Below, piece after piece: positions 9,411 through 24,311 of a stretch of DNA of 64,000 nt; the first letter of the stretch is position 1; each line of letters opens with the position of its first letter. The DNA is from Orbicella franksi (lineage: Eukaryota): NCBI GenBank assembly GCA_964199315.1, contig OZ116700.1:2418001-2482000 (forward strand), read 5' to 3'. Below the pieces are notes generated by a model that saw only the letters and a list, made by a program, of their open reading frames with translations, was not told where the DNA came from and made no database searches. The translations under genes were made by a program, and so were the position numbers.

Positions 9411-12379
9411 CACTTAAAAATTAAAATCATTAGGATTGTTTTAAGGCGTTCTTTCCAGAAGATGAGTTCAGTGTTGGTTAAGCCGAATATCGAGATTTTT
9501 AAAACTTTGGTTTAAACGCCATGTTGTGGTCTCTCCCCTCCTCTATTTACATTCTTTCAGTGAATTGTCGAATGTTTTTTTTTGACGATTTTTTACTTAC
9601 TGTTCAAAACAAAGATAATACCAGTGCAAAAATAAACATAGTCTGTGTATAATCTATAGATGATTAATTTCATAGGTAAATCATTGAAAACTCTTGCGTA
9701 GAACTATCATCTTTCAGAGTCCCAGCGTTTCAAGGAATTGTCTGTATTTGGTAGTTAAAATATCTTGTATTTATGACAGTCTCGCCATGTTTTACATGAT
9801 AACTGATGTGAATGGGATTTTGAACTGAAGCTTACAGTGCGTTTTAGATAACAAACGTGGTTACGATAGACCATTTTGCAGTTGTCTGCCCAGTGGCCTG
9901 GCCTTTGAATGACAGCGAGGCTTGAGGTGACCTTGTTTTGATACAGACCTCACTGTTTTTGTTGTGTAAATCAAGGTGCACTAATGCTTACTAGTTTGCA
10001 TTTAGATGAGAAAAGCAGGGAGGTTTGTATCAAGCATTGTCACCTCTAGCCTCGCTTGCATTCAACTGTAAAATGGCCTATTTAGGCTTGTCATGTATTA
10101 TGGGATAGCTTAGCCTGTGCTGAAACCATGTTCAGGTTAAATGGTTTTTAAAATGAATGTGTAAATCACTGGAACATGTTGTCGACCTTCCAACCTTCTT
10201 ACCTAAACCTGTACAGAGATACAGATAGTGCTATTTTACAAGAGATAATCATTGCTGTTTCCATCTCTACAAAGATACTTTCATTTCATGCAGTTCCTTG
10301 CCAGGCTGGTGACTTCTGTTTTAAGTCACATTAAACACGCTTGTTTTTTTAAGAGGTGTTGATTTATTAATTTCTTGTGTGAGCTACGCTTTCAGTTCGT
10401 TAACACTGGCGGATTTCCGCCTGTTGTCTCAAGTCACTGCAAATAAAGGCTGTGCTTGAGTCGTATCGAAGGGGTAGGGGGATGGGACCACCCGGCCCCC
10501 TCGTGCTTGCGCTCGCTTCGCTGGCTTTTTCCTTCGCGTGCGTTAAAATTAGAGAGGCTGTGTACAATCCAAGGCTGCGCGATGCGAAGAAACAAACGCA
10601 ACTCCTTATGCATTCGCACGCTTTTGTTCAGTGAAAGCGTTTCCCAGTCTCACATTTTTGTTTTCTTTACCAACGTGCGAAGGCTGAAATCCCTTCGCCC
10701 AGGATAATTGATTACAAGCCATAATATTTGTTCCTTCCTCGGCAGTTATTGTTACAACTCATTCTAGGGCATGCTAATGATAACCCCACCCCCCCCCCCC
10801 CTCCTCTCCCTGTTCAACTGGCCATTTCCGAGTTGCTTTTGCCTCTGAGTCAAAACGAGTCTTCGAGCGAAACCATTCATATGAAAATGTTTTCCGCCTA
10901 CAGGCTCATTTTCGTGTAAATCAAACTCATTTTCATATGAAAGATTTTGCACGAAGGCACGTTTTGAAGATAAGATAATTCGGGCGTGGCCTATCTGAGA
11001 ACTGCCGTTTTCACCCGAAGAATTCGCGATGCAGTCACAAATACACGAGCTTTGTTTCAAGGTCAACCTCGCCTCAAGACCTTCACATTGGTGGTTTTAA
11101 AGATGGCAGGTCGTCATCTTAAAATCCCGGCCAGGAACCCTGACCCTGCTAGACGAGGTCAATTTGAAAGGTCGTTATCTCAGCTTGTTGCCATCTCGCT
11201 TACCGAAATCGCAGGTTGAGGCAAATTTTGGCTGCAACGGCTGCTGCAAGTAGCTTCCTCGCTCCGGGAGTATTGTATACTGAGAGCCTGTGTGTTTGCT
11301 AATGGAGTTTCCTGAACGAGTATTGCTCTGTTGTCTTCACCGCAAAAAGTTGCTTTAATTTACTTCTAAGGCCCTACGTGCTTGCAATTTAATGGAAGCT
11401 CCCCTTATACATATTTATTTCAATTAGCGCCTAAAAATTACTTTAGAAGATTGAACGATCCGCCAACTTAGTTATGTCTGTGCGCATTCTCTGGAGAAGC
11501 ATTATCACTGAAAAAACTCGGCATCGTTCGTACTTTTATTAAAACTCCGTACGCTCGACTAGTTTGTTTAGGAAAAGTCTTGAATGATCACCTCTCAGGA
11601 ACTTTTAGACGGAGATGGAAGAGGTTCACTACAGTATATTTCCAGCGAACCGGCGTGATGTTGTTAGCATCTGCGACGCAGGCTTGGTTGGACATATGCG
11701 AAATGGAAAGAGAATTCCAAGAGGTCATTCAATTGTATGCCTGATGTTTGGGGGATTTTTTGAATCCACTGTTCAATCTATCCGTTAGTTGTCTATATTT
11801 TTAAAAGCTCCTGTCACTTGTCAAGGACCGTTAAACAAATGAAACTGTTAATCTTGTGACCGCTTTTTTATGACCTTGGAATGCTCGAAAAAAATAGACG
11901 GATAAGGACTGTTTTTCTTCCTCTTTCAGTGTATTTACAGTAATATAAGGAGGTGACCAACTCCTAAATGGATATGGGGTGTGTTCAAAATGTCACAAAC
12001 CACACCTTCAAAGACCTGATCACCTTCAAATACTTCACAGATCACAAGTTTTAAATCTGTGCTTCGAATTCTACTTAGATTTACTCTATCGCGTGCGTTG
12101 TTCAGTGGCGCGCGGTTTTCTCGGTAAACGTGCCGATGGGTGCTCGACTATACCTACGGCTTGTGTGTGGTGTGAGTGATATTTTCGTATGAGTAATTCC
12201 ATGCATGGGCAAGGAAAGAGTTAGGTTCAACGAAGCGTTTGTTCCGAGACAGCCCACAACCTGCTGTCCACCCTGAGTTATACCGCGCGTCAGACTGCCT
12301 AAGTAGTTGGGCCATATTCATGAATTTATTCAACAAAATTGGCCTCGATTTCTATAACTATTTCCTTAGAAAGTAAAAA

Positions 12380-15300
12380 ATGAAACCGGTGCGATGGCGT
12401 GTTTACATCACGTTGTTTTTCCTCACGTCGGAGATCGCCGTCTTGCTGGGAAAGCCTGCCAAGAAGTCACGTAAAAGAGGCAAGCGAACGCTCGAGTCGA
12501 CGCCGAAGCTAACGCGCAGAGAATGGGAACAGCTTCATAAGTTCGAAGATGCGCTTAAAAACGACAATGGAGAGCTTATGTTCACCAATTCCTGGGCTGT
12601 CAAACTTGACCCCGCCGAGATAAAAGTCGCGGACAGGATTGCTAAGAAACATGGATTTACAAACTATGGCCAGGTAAGATTGGGTTTTTTCTTTATGTTG
12701 TTCTGCGGGTGTTCTTACCTTTGAGTTTAAACGTCAATAATTCCGCCCGGTGGCCTACGCTTTGAAGAGATGCATCCTTCGATCTATTGTTCTTTTGATG
12801 TTAGAAACCCTTGCCATTGGCCTTAACAGTAATTCACAACACAGATGCAAACTTTGCGCTGTTTTTTATAGAAATGTTGGCTTAATTTCTTGAAATCGTG
12901 ACATTAAGTGCGCCATACTACAGGTAAATCGACAATTGGTTGTGTTTGTTCAGCACCAGTTATGTTAAGAGTTCTCCAGTTTGTTTCGACTTCTGTTTTT
13001 AAGTGCTATACTTCTCAAGCAAAGCTCATAGGGTACATAAAGATTCTAGCCATTCTTTGCTTACCTAATGTCCACTAAGATATAGCCGAACTTTTTAGCA
13101 AAGCATTATATTTATCTTCAGATTCAAAATTGCTCAGGGTGCTTTACAAATAAATTTCGGATTGTTTGGATGGGTCCAAAGGGAAAATCAAATTGATTGG
13201 TTTTATTGCTGTTTTGTTTAATTACCAATTTTCCGCCTAAAGCATCGAAGGAAACAAACCGCCTCTGATAAAAGCGAGGGACTAGGCCCAAGTCTCACCC
13301 GTGACTTTTATCATGACACAGTAACTAATGAACCAAGCTGCTGTGATCATGAAGGAAACCTATAAGGAAGATCACATTACTTCTAGTAATCGAATCGGTG
13401 GCAGTATAATTGCGGCTTTTCACTGTCAAAATGTCAGGAAATTGCAAGAGGTCCAAGGGGCCTTAGGCGAGTGCAATTTTAAAGAATTTCAAATTTTAGG
13501 AGTAATGTAAATTCTTTTAATTACTCGAGCTTTCATAAGATTAATATTTTGCTTTTACTGCCTGACTGAAAAATTATGAACCCCTGCAGTTTGACGTATT
13601 TTGTTGTTTTATTGTAGCGACTTTTCAAGTTTGTATACACTTAACCGAACAGCTTTTACCCTCGTTTGAGTTCACTTAAGACTAATCGAGTGGCGCGTCC
13701 CAGCTTGACAAAGAAAGGCAATACCTCTTATTGCGCCTTAGCTTTCTATCACGACTGCCGTTCTCTTATTGGCTACACTACTCACTATCTATTCTGTTGT
13801 AGATAGTGAGTAGCCTAACAAAGTGTGGTTGTTACGAAAATGGCGGCCACTTCTTTGAGTGTTCGAAGTGTCTGTCAAGTCAAGCGGATTAAATAAAGTT
13901 TTGAACGACTGGTAGATTTATACTAAAAGCAATTCGCTTTCAATTTCTATGCGCAGCCCTAGTCAACTATCAAGCAATAGGAATCTCGAGCTCATAATCT
14001 AATTATTATACATCATGAGCGCGCTTCGAAAGGCCAAAACCTTATAGACATTTGTATTTATTAAAACTTAAATAAAATGGTCTACGTTTGTTGAAATTAC
14101 CTTATAAGGCACTGAAGCTATACGAGAAGTGTTATACCAGTTTTTAAAAGCACAAGGTTGTGATCTCAAATTGAAAAAGGTTGGGTATTTCTGTCGTCCT
14201 GTCTCGGTAAAAATCTCTAAAAACTATATTAAAATTGCTCTCCCTGTAACAGTTCAGCCGGTTTATATCTTTGTTGTGGTGTTCCATGAACATGGTAATG
14301 TAACGGTCGTTTATAACAGTTCGGAATACGGAAAAAAATTGAATAAGAACGACTTACTTCGACCCTCTTGCGTGCTACTTGGCTAATCTTTTTGTGTCAT
14401 TAGTTGTAGTTGTGATTAACTCTTGGTGTGATTTTATTCCAGGTTGGGTCACTTAGAGGTTACTATCATTTTAAACATGTAGGCAAAGGTTTACGTCACA
14501 AGCGTCACATACATGAAAAGACCAAGTTATTACTATCTGAAGAAGAAGTAAGATTGCCTCGTCTTCATCATGTTGAACTTTCCTACACGTTAGATAATCC
14601 GACCTCTCTCTCACCGTTACTCCCTTAGGATTGTAAGGAAGTAGCGAGGCCGAGAGGTCAGGGCGCTGGATTTGAAATCCAGAGGTCGTGGCGGGTTCAA
14701 GTCCAGTTCTGACCACTAAGCTGGAGTTGTTTCTCAGTAGACCCTAGTTCAACTTCTCGGTCATGCTTGCAAAAAGTTTCGAAAGTTTAAGGTAGCTTGA
14801 ACCCTTGCCACAGAATGTTTTTAAACTTTGTTAAAAGTTGCATTTTATCATGCTTATCACAATTCGATAATAAAGAAAATGGGGATCACCGAGCTCATTT
14901 TTGAGTTATAAGCGCTTAAAACTAACATAAGGGTGTTTTTCGCAGGTTGCATTGTTGCTGTGGTGACCTGTTATATAGAAAGGATGGCTGCAACTTGTTT
15001 ACCAATGATTGGGCATTTGTTTGAAACCATTATTGCATCACGTCACTTGCAATTGTTTAACAGTAGTAGTATTCATTCTTCAAAGTATGGCTGTTAGAAC
15101 ATTGCTGGAAAATGTTGCCAGCCTCCTTGATATTTTACAATATTAAATATTTAATATTAATTGAGTAATCTTGATTTTGATAGTTTACGCCAATCTTGAT
15201 GCTCTGCTGAGTGCATTATCGAATTCACCTCATTATAATTTATACAAAGGAGTATCAGTCTGCGAACAGGCTCATCGCGGGGAAAGAAAATTGTCACCAG

Positions 15301-18300
15301 TCCTTCTTACTTGCCACGCGAAGAGCCTGCTCGCAGGCTCAGGACTATAGGCTCCGTTTTAGCATTTTTCTTGATTTTTATGGTACTTTAGAAATGTCAT
15401 TTGTTCTATGTGTCCTAGGTTGTATGGGCGGAACATCAGCACATCTTAGTAAGAACAAGAAAGGATGGTATTCCTAGTGATCCTAAATTCAGAGACCAAT
15501 GGTATCTTGTAAGTATACCTAGGCTCTCAGTTTCACAACAAATAAATTCCATGTCGCCGTGTGTCTGTTCAGTAATAGATAAAAAATGACGTCAAAATGC
15601 GTCAGGAACAAAAAAAAGTGGAACACTCGGCTATCGCCTCATGTGTCACTGATGTTCTTACCGCATTTTGACGTTTTCTGTGATCTGTTACTGAACAGAC
15701 GTAAGGCAACATGGAATCTACTTGTTTTATATAATAAATAAAAAAATGGTTAAGGACGTCATCTATGCGTCTGTCTCCCAATAGATAATAGGTAAGAGCC
15801 AATCAAACTGCAAGAATAACTCGACATATTATATAAAGGAAAATATCACATGGTTTTCCGATCGAAATTGAGCTAAGTGCATAAGAGGATAGTGATATAT
15901 ACACGCAAACGTATTTGGGACAAAAGCTTTGTAAAAGAATTGAAAACGTAAAGCGAAAATATGTTGACAAACGAGCAGGAATTTGTGGGTGTTCCAGACC
16001 ATGTCGTAATTTTAAAATTAACTGTCATAATCTGTTATCATACGACTCTAGCTGCTATTTCTTCAATCCTCTTAGAATGTATTATTGTGTTATTTCCTTG
16101 TGTATAGTTAAACCAAGGCCAGTCAACCGGCCCAGCAGGTGTCGACCTCGATGTCATGCCGGTCTGGCGGCAAGGTATCACGGGAAGAGGAGTTGTTGTT
16201 AGTATTCTTGATGATGGAGTGGATCACACGCATCCAGATCTTAGAGATAATTTTGTAAGTGGAAGAAGTCATTTTTGACATTATTGATGACCAACTAGAT
16301 CCTATAAAACCATTTAAAGTAATAAGAGATACCATTAGTCAGTGTGGCAGCAAAATATAAATCTGAATCGGAAATTAAAAAAATTCCTTGTTTTTCATTG
16401 TATTTAAATTTATAGATTTTCATACACACGGAAGACATTCGTACAAAAATATTGCACCTGCAATTTTATTGCGCTGTATAGGTGTTTCTCAGTGTTTTTG
16501 TTGTATCAAAGTTTCGGAAGCCGATCAAGGTAAATAAGGATTCTTTTTTTTTTTTAACTTATTCACGTAGGACCAAAAGGCCAGCTATGATTTTAATGAC
16601 ATGGACGCTGATCCCAAGCCAAGAGACAGTGATCCTGACAACTGGTAAGTACCTCACGTGATCATTTGAAACTCAGTCCTTCAGTATGAAACCCGGTTAC
16701 GAACGTGATGCGCAACAAAGTTGTCCGGGTTCTCCATTTTTTTTTATACCCGCAAGAGCATAATTTAAGTATTCGTACTCGATACATCCTCCTCCACTCT
16801 TATCGGATTCATGAATTTACTACGCGCGCTGTACGTGATTGGTTGAGACTCATTTACTGTAACATTGATGGGCAGGGGTTCCATGTAGATATAGCAAGTC
16901 AGCAATTTTTCTTGGACAATTCTGTCCAAGGAGGAAAGGTGCAACCCTATGTGAAGCAGCAACCCGAGAGACAAGGCCAGACCCCAACACTGATAACTAC
17001 GTGCCCTACTCTTTGAGAGAAGTGACAGTTTTTGCTACGAGGTTTTAAATCACATCGTTATGTGACGACTTCGATTCGATATCTACCCCGTCAGACTGAT
17101 ATGAGTTACAGTTCGTAATGTTTAAGGAAATAAATAGAACAGCACAGAAGTTAATGAAGAGACAAGGTACTTCTTGCATCACCGTTTTGTTTGTTTGTTA
17201 CTTACGGAACTTTCTCAACATTTCAGTCACGGCACACGGTGTGCAGGAGAGGTGGCAGCGGTAGCTAACAACAGTGTATGCGGAGTAGGTGTAGCTTATG
17301 ATGCCAATATTGGAGGTAAACATTACATTGACACAATTCAGCACATAACAGTCCGTCATAGTTTATACGAATTAAACAATAGTAACTACTGATATCTATA
17401 AGATGGAGTGAAATTGTAACGATTACTGCCGAGTAGTATTTTCCCAGAACCAGTTTTGTCTTGTTGCCTTAGAGAAACCAGTATAATAGGTGAAAACCTA
17501 CTAGATTCCTGTCTTGTGGTAAACGAAGAGAGAGATATTCGTTAAGTTCTTATTTCGTTTGTTTGTCTCTTGTTAGGTTTTTACGGCATTCGATTCATTA
17601 AATACCAGTTTAAAATCCAATTCACATCCAATTTCCTAAACACGACAACATTTTCATATAGAAGTTGAATAATGAAGTTAATAATAGAGTTAATAATGAA
17701 AGTATTGCCACATGGGAGGGTTCACACTAGCCAGTTGCAGACCCTAGTTTATAACTGAATTAAACCTGTTTCAAATAACTTCCACGTGATTGGCTGATTC
17801 ACAATACATAATCCTTTAAAAATGGTCAATTTATGGGGAGCAGATGTGGCGCATTGGTGAGAGCGCACCCCTCCCACCAATGTGACCCGGGTTGATTTTG
17901 TTGTTGGTTCTCGCCTCACTCCGATGGTTCTTCCGAGGGCTGAGTTCTCCGGTTTTCCTCCCTCCACAAAAACCAAATTTCAATTCGACCAGGACAGACG
18001 ACCAGCATGAAAACCAGCTAAGGCCAATGTGGCTTCCTCTCTAAATACAGTAATTTATTTTACTTTTATCCCAGAATGCATCTTTGTAATAGCTTAGAAT
18101 GGGGTAATAAAAGTGGTATTTAGGGTGGCCGAACACAGTTTTCAAGAGCCTCTGCTTAATTCACCATTACTTTAAAGATATTTATGCTTTGGCGCCCGGT
18201 TTTTGCAAGAGTCAACGTTAACCACAGAAGGGTTTATTCTCACATTTTGACTAAGGTGAGTGCTGTTGCCATGGCAACGGGGCTGGTTAAAAACAAGGCT

Positions 18301-21300
18301 TAAAAATGGTTTTTGTTTATTTAAAAAAAATTCAGTCGTTAGATTTTTTTCATCATTTGCCCACTATGAATGGACATTAAATGCCTTCTGTCAACACTGT
18401 TCTAATAAAATTTGACATAGGCGACTTTCGTAATTCGCCGTAAATCGTTTTCACTGCATGTTCTGTATTATTAAAAATTCCCTATGTCAAAATTCAGATT
18501 TTTTGCGATAGATCATTCGCGTGGTTTCTGAATTATTTTCAGACCAAATTTCTTGAAATTCTAACGACTGGATCGTTAGAAATCGGCAAGTTTCTACAAA
18601 AGCAATCGGTCTCAATTTTTCGAGCAACTGCGCATGCGCTGCATTTAACTGGGTTCCTTCGGTAACAAAGAAAAATCTGAGAATTGCTGGGTTCTTTGCG
18701 TCGTTACCTTTTCTAACATAGCTTTGTAATAAAAGACTAAAGGCATCAGTACACTGCGTTCAATAATGGAGAAAAATAGCGCATATAGTGCGGGTGTTGA
18801 GTAACTGAATAAAATGATCGCTCTATTGAAGGCATGTTTTGCATCAGCAAAAGCGCGCGCGAAAACAGTGTTCGGCCACCTTAAGCGTATCATTATGCTA
18901 CTAGAAAACCAAACGGAACCAAATTACCAGTCAACATGCAATAACGTAGTTCATATGACTAAAACATTTCCTCGTTTTATGTTTTGAAGGCGTGCGAATG
19001 TTAGATGGCCAGGCGACTGATGTGTTGGAAGGAAGCTCTCTTAGCTTCCAGTCAGAATACATTGACATCTACAGTAACTGCTGGGGTCCTAAAGATGATG
19101 GCAAAACATTTGGCAAACCAGGAAAACTGGCACAAGAGGCGTTAATGCAGGGCGCACTCAAGGTAAAGACGAAACATTCAGTTAGCTGTAGTAGAAGATT
19201 ATTTTGACGCACCTGACGATATTGTGGTAATTACGTTAACATTACAAATGTCCCCCTGAGGGGAATTCCCATATTCAAAGGCGGGGAATACTCGTCTTCT
19301 CGCGTAGGGGTATAAATCAAGGATTCTGGTCTCATTTAGGGTGCTCATGACGAAACGCCACTATTTTTAGCTGTCAAAGTATCTTTTAGGGTACACTCGA
19401 AGAAATAATGATAATAAACGTTCTCATATCCGTTTTTTGGCTCGATTTCCACCGGTCTCTCGAGTCCGGTCTACTCTACTAGCGCGGGCTGCTTTCCTGA
19501 ACAGAGGCTGGTGATCAAGCCTATCTTGTTTTAAGTGGTATCTTTTGGGAGTCAAACATAGCTTGAGCCACGCTGGGCATTCCCGGCCTTTTCATGTGAA
19601 AGTCCCCCATCCCCTTCCCTCCCCCACCGCGGCAGATGTCCTGGCCTGCACAAAAATTGTCAAGTGGTATAATAGTTAAGGTGTCCCCACCGCAATGTTT
19701 TGGTGCGATAGACATATCCATGCATTTTTTCAGGGTCGTGGCGGCAAAGGTAACATCTACGTGTGGGCGACTGGTAATGGAGGTCTGACAGATGATGACT
19801 GTAACTGTGATGGTTACACCACCAGTATCTACACCATATCAGTAGGGTGCATAGGTGATCATGGTCTGTCGGCCTATTACACCGAGCTATGCTCGTCTAC
19901 CCTGGGTGTTACTTTCAACGGAGGATCACACAGAGAAAAGGAAGAAAATAAAATGGTAAGCATTTCAAAATTAGAAGACATATTTATGGAGCTTAAGTAA
20001 ACCACGACGACGACGGCAACAAGAACGTCACCAAACAAAAGGTTTAATGAGAAAAACAATAGTTCGTACGTTTTTAATCTTAGTGCCTTTATTAGCCGTC
20101 CTCTGCGAAACAAGAAGGTGAAACGACTAAGTTCTGCGTAGTCTGAGGAACGCGAACGAAGACGGCCAATTTCCTCGTATTTCCATTTGGAATTGAACGC
20201 TGTCATTGCATATTTAGCCTGAGCACGTTTTTAGAGCCATTGGCGTTCTGAACAGATCTAGACAATTGCGAATTTCGCTGGTAAAATATAAATTCAGTTT
20301 TCACTTGGCGTCGTCCTCGGCGTCGTCCTCGGCGTCACCGTAGTCGTTGCTTAAGCTCCCTAATAACTCTTTGGAGAGAGATTATGGTGAAGTGGTGAGA
20401 GCGCTCGCCTCCCACCAATGTGGCCCGGGTTCGAATCCTGGACCCGGCGTCATAAGTGGGTTGAGTTTGTTGTTGGTTCTCGCCTTGCTCCGAGAGGTTT
20501 CCCAGGTTTCTCCGGTTTTCAACCATGCACAAAAAAACAACACTTCTAAATTTCAATTCGATCTAGAAACAGGGGATCGAGAAGAGCCTCTCCGGGGGAT
20601 GTGCCATTGCAAATTCCTATTATTTATTTATTTATTTATTTATTTGTGTTTATTTTAACTCTCAACTCTTCCTACTTGATCGAAAGCCGTATTCACAGAA
20701 ATATTATGTTTCAGGAACATTTATTGCCGGAGGGAAATTCAACCAAAATGGATCACTTGATCGATAACGCGTGCTGTTCACATAAGTACAAACCATTCTT
20801 TTGTTTTGTCTTAGGTAACAACAGATCTTCATCATAAGTGCACAGAAGAGTTCAAGGGAACGTCCTCTGCTGCTCCTCTGGCTGCAGGAATGTTTGCTCT
20901 CGTTTTGCAGGCTAAGTATGTTACTTTCCATTGTCTTCTACAAACAATTTTAGCACTCGGACTGGTCGTATTAAAGGCGGGTTATTCAGTTATATTTGAA
21001 AAGAATCGTCTAAACATTCCATGTACGTAGTAACGTAGTCGTATAAATGGGTGGTCGAAAAGTAGAGGTTCTTAGCCGTTGACAACACAAATATTCTGCT
21101 TGACAATCGGTTGATTTCTTTTCAGCCCAAACCTCTCATGGCGAGATGTCCAACATCTTGTGGTTGAAACTGCTCAGGTAACGAGCCCAGTTGATGAAGG
21201 ATGGATGAAAAATGGAGCTGGCTACCATTTTAATCACAAGTTTGGCTTTGGAAGGTTAGACGCGGGAGCCATGGTAAAGAGAGCGAAGACATGGAAAAAC

Positions 21301-24280
21301 GTAGCACCACAAAGAACCTGTCACGGACCCTCTAGTCAGACACAACAGTGAGTAATATCTATAAAATATCAGCAAAGTGGACCCTGTGGGGTGATAAGCT
21401 ATTAGCGTAACACATTCAGTACAAAGACAAAACACAAACGGGAGCATCTACATTTTTGTTTGAGAGAAATAATAGAAAGTTATGCCGACTGCTTAAAGTG
21501 GAACGGTATAAAGACCCCAATTTTCCGTCCTTCAAGTCAAAGAAGAATCTAAAATAGCTATACACTCATTATATAGAAACGTTATCGAAATTACGGTGAA
21601 GGACTGAATTGATTGCAAATTTTTCCTTCGTTCACGCAAATTGGTTTATGTGGCAACTATTTAGTTCGGATTTATAACATTATATGACTTGCGAAACTTA
21701 ATTTTTAGCGATGATAAATTCCGCTCTAATTTTTGTTGCCCTCCGGTATGACAACAGGTCATTGGGTTATAATTAAAAAGAACAAACAAGTGGTGACCTC
21801 AATACAAATTCTTTCTAAAGAAATCACAGAAAATGTATAACAAACAATCAGGAGAATTTTTATATCGATACTGAACTTCTTGCAGGGAAATTCCCGCTGG
21901 CGGAACGTTGTCAATCACTATAGACACCATCGCATGTGACGGAACTGACAAAGAAATCAACAAGTTGGAACACGTGACTCTGACCGTCAGCTTCCAACAC
22001 CGGAGGCGTGGTGACGTCAGCATCGACCTGTTCTCGCCGAGTGGGACTAGGAACGAGATGTTGTCGACCCGTCGTTATGACGATTCTAAGAACGGCCTTC
22101 ACGATTGGACGTTCATGACCGTGCACAACTGGGGAGAGAATCCCAAGGGAGTGTGGGTGATGAACGTGACTGATAACATCGCTACGTTGAACAAGGGGGT
22201 CGACGTGAATGGATATCTCCAACATGACACTAGCAAACAGGAAGCCGATGTGGAGGACTTGGAAGAGGAGGTAACATGGCGCTACAACCTCGCGCAAAGC
22301 TAGTTGGAACACCTAACTGAAAGAAAAAACATACTTCAATTTTTCTGGTATACTGACCAACATCCAAAACGTTTTCCCCTCCCTACTAAAAGGTTTATGC
22401 GGTGGTTGTAAAGAGAAAAAAAAACATCGAGTCGGAGATGGAGAGGAGGGCGTGTTTATTATGGTTTGATGCAGCATAGTGCGCATTGATTAAAACACAG
22501 AACTGTCTTTACCCGGGAGGCGCCATGGCCTCGTGGTTAGTGCGCTTGTCTCCGGATCGAGCGGTCTGGATTTACGTCCTGGCCGGGGACGCTGTGTTGT
22601 GTTCTTGGACAAATTAAAACACTTAACTCTCACAGTGCCTCTATTATCCCAGGTGTATAAATGGGTACCGGCGAACTTAATGCTGGGGGTAACCCTGCGA
22701 TGGACTAGCATCCCATCCAGGGGGGAGTAGAAATACTCCTAGTCGCTTCATGCTAGAGAACCCGGGATAAGCTCTGGTCTGATAGGCCACTTAACTCGCA
22801 TGCAAACTTTACCTTTTTACCAATTCAAGCTCAGGGTAGAGTTTGATTGAGTCTGATGGTTAAATGTAGGTTCTCGCTCGTGATGCAAGGGCCAGGCCGC
22901 TTTGGGAACGTGCGGCAAGTATTTCCGGAGGGCACATTTACGGAGTATATACTTCAATTAAATTTCTTAATTATGTTGTGTCAATCACGAATTTAAAGGT
23001 CATTGACGACGAGAAGAAAACTCAGGAACTAGAGGCTAACAAAGATGGACCAAATAGAGCTAAAAACAATAAAGGCGCGGCCTGGGATGCCCCTTATCCT
23101 GAGGGGGTGAAAAAACACAAGATTCACATACCAGAGGCTCCGCAGGCTAAATCAACTAATGATCATGAAGAGGAAAACGTGAAAGCTGATGGTAAGTACA
23201 GAAAATAAAGACCTGCATGAAATTATAGAAGTAAGACCTTCATTATTTGCAGATGAAAATAACACAAAGTTAAAGTTAGGCTTTCACGTCTCAGTGCATG
23301 TGCAAGCTATAACGTTAAGCATTAATTTTTATTGGTTATAAAACAATGGGAAGAGCGCTGATGATTTCAGCGGTGACGATAGAGGTAAGGTTCCTTATTA
23401 AAATTCCTGTCGTATGTTCCGACTCCCTGCATAAAGTACATTTTTGTCTTCGTGTCAACCACATGTATTTTAGTAATTGCAGACTATGATTTTGTGAAAG
23501 TAGCATGATACCCTTCTTATCGACGTGCAATTGGTCGAAGACATCATGTATGGCTTGCACATGCGCCGCACTGTGAAACTATCCCTTAAAAATTGATTGC
23601 ATTTTGTATTGTTCTTTTCGAAATTAATGCCGTCATCCCACAAACTTACAAAAATTAAGAATTTAGGCCTGGCCTATGGACAAACACATGAAATGAAGTT
23701 AATACCTTGTTCCAGAAGTACCGTGGCTTGACGAACGTTGTATTAGGGTCAAGTGTTACTGAGGTAAACGGTAAGCACTCAAACCACAAACGTGGCGCAC
23801 ACCGTTGGAACTTGTATCGGTTTTCATAGTGTAAAGGGACCACTGTCGTATGACGGGATGCCAGATCAGGCAAGGGTATCTCAGTTTTGCGGTAACAATT
23901 TTTATTCCTGGCTGGAAAAAGGCGCTATAGGGTAAAATGTCTTGTCCTATAAAACTTAGACCGGCAAAATTTCAGACAGTTGCGGTTTTCACTTGAGTGT
24001 CGAAGATAATTCGCATTTACTTTTTCTTTGAATCATTACACTAAACAAATTGCTTAAAAACTCGCTCATTTTGTCATTCGATCAGGATTAAAGCCAGAAC
24101 CAATAGTGACTTGCTCGCAAGCGTTCTCCCTCGCTTCGTACCGGCTACACGTATTTGCTTCAAGTTTTCATTGTTTCCTTGGACCGTCTGCGGTCTGTCA
24201 TTGGCTAGAGTGACTACATTAGTGTTTATTATTATATAGCTAGCTCCGCGAGCGGGCGAGATGAATCAAATCCTGCGCTG

Positions 24281-24311
<31 letters not shown>

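Noticed and set aside
10430-12340. Several short ORFs and possible 5' UTR exons or promoter of PC-B
   Set aside because: Relatively CpG-rich and plausibly regulatory, but no exon boundary or promoter element can be fixed from sequence alone.
14637-14715. tRNA-Ser(UGA)-like cloverleaf
   Set aside because: No proper acceptor stem and it runs into a non-tRNA body, so it is better explained as a SINE head than as a tRNA gene.
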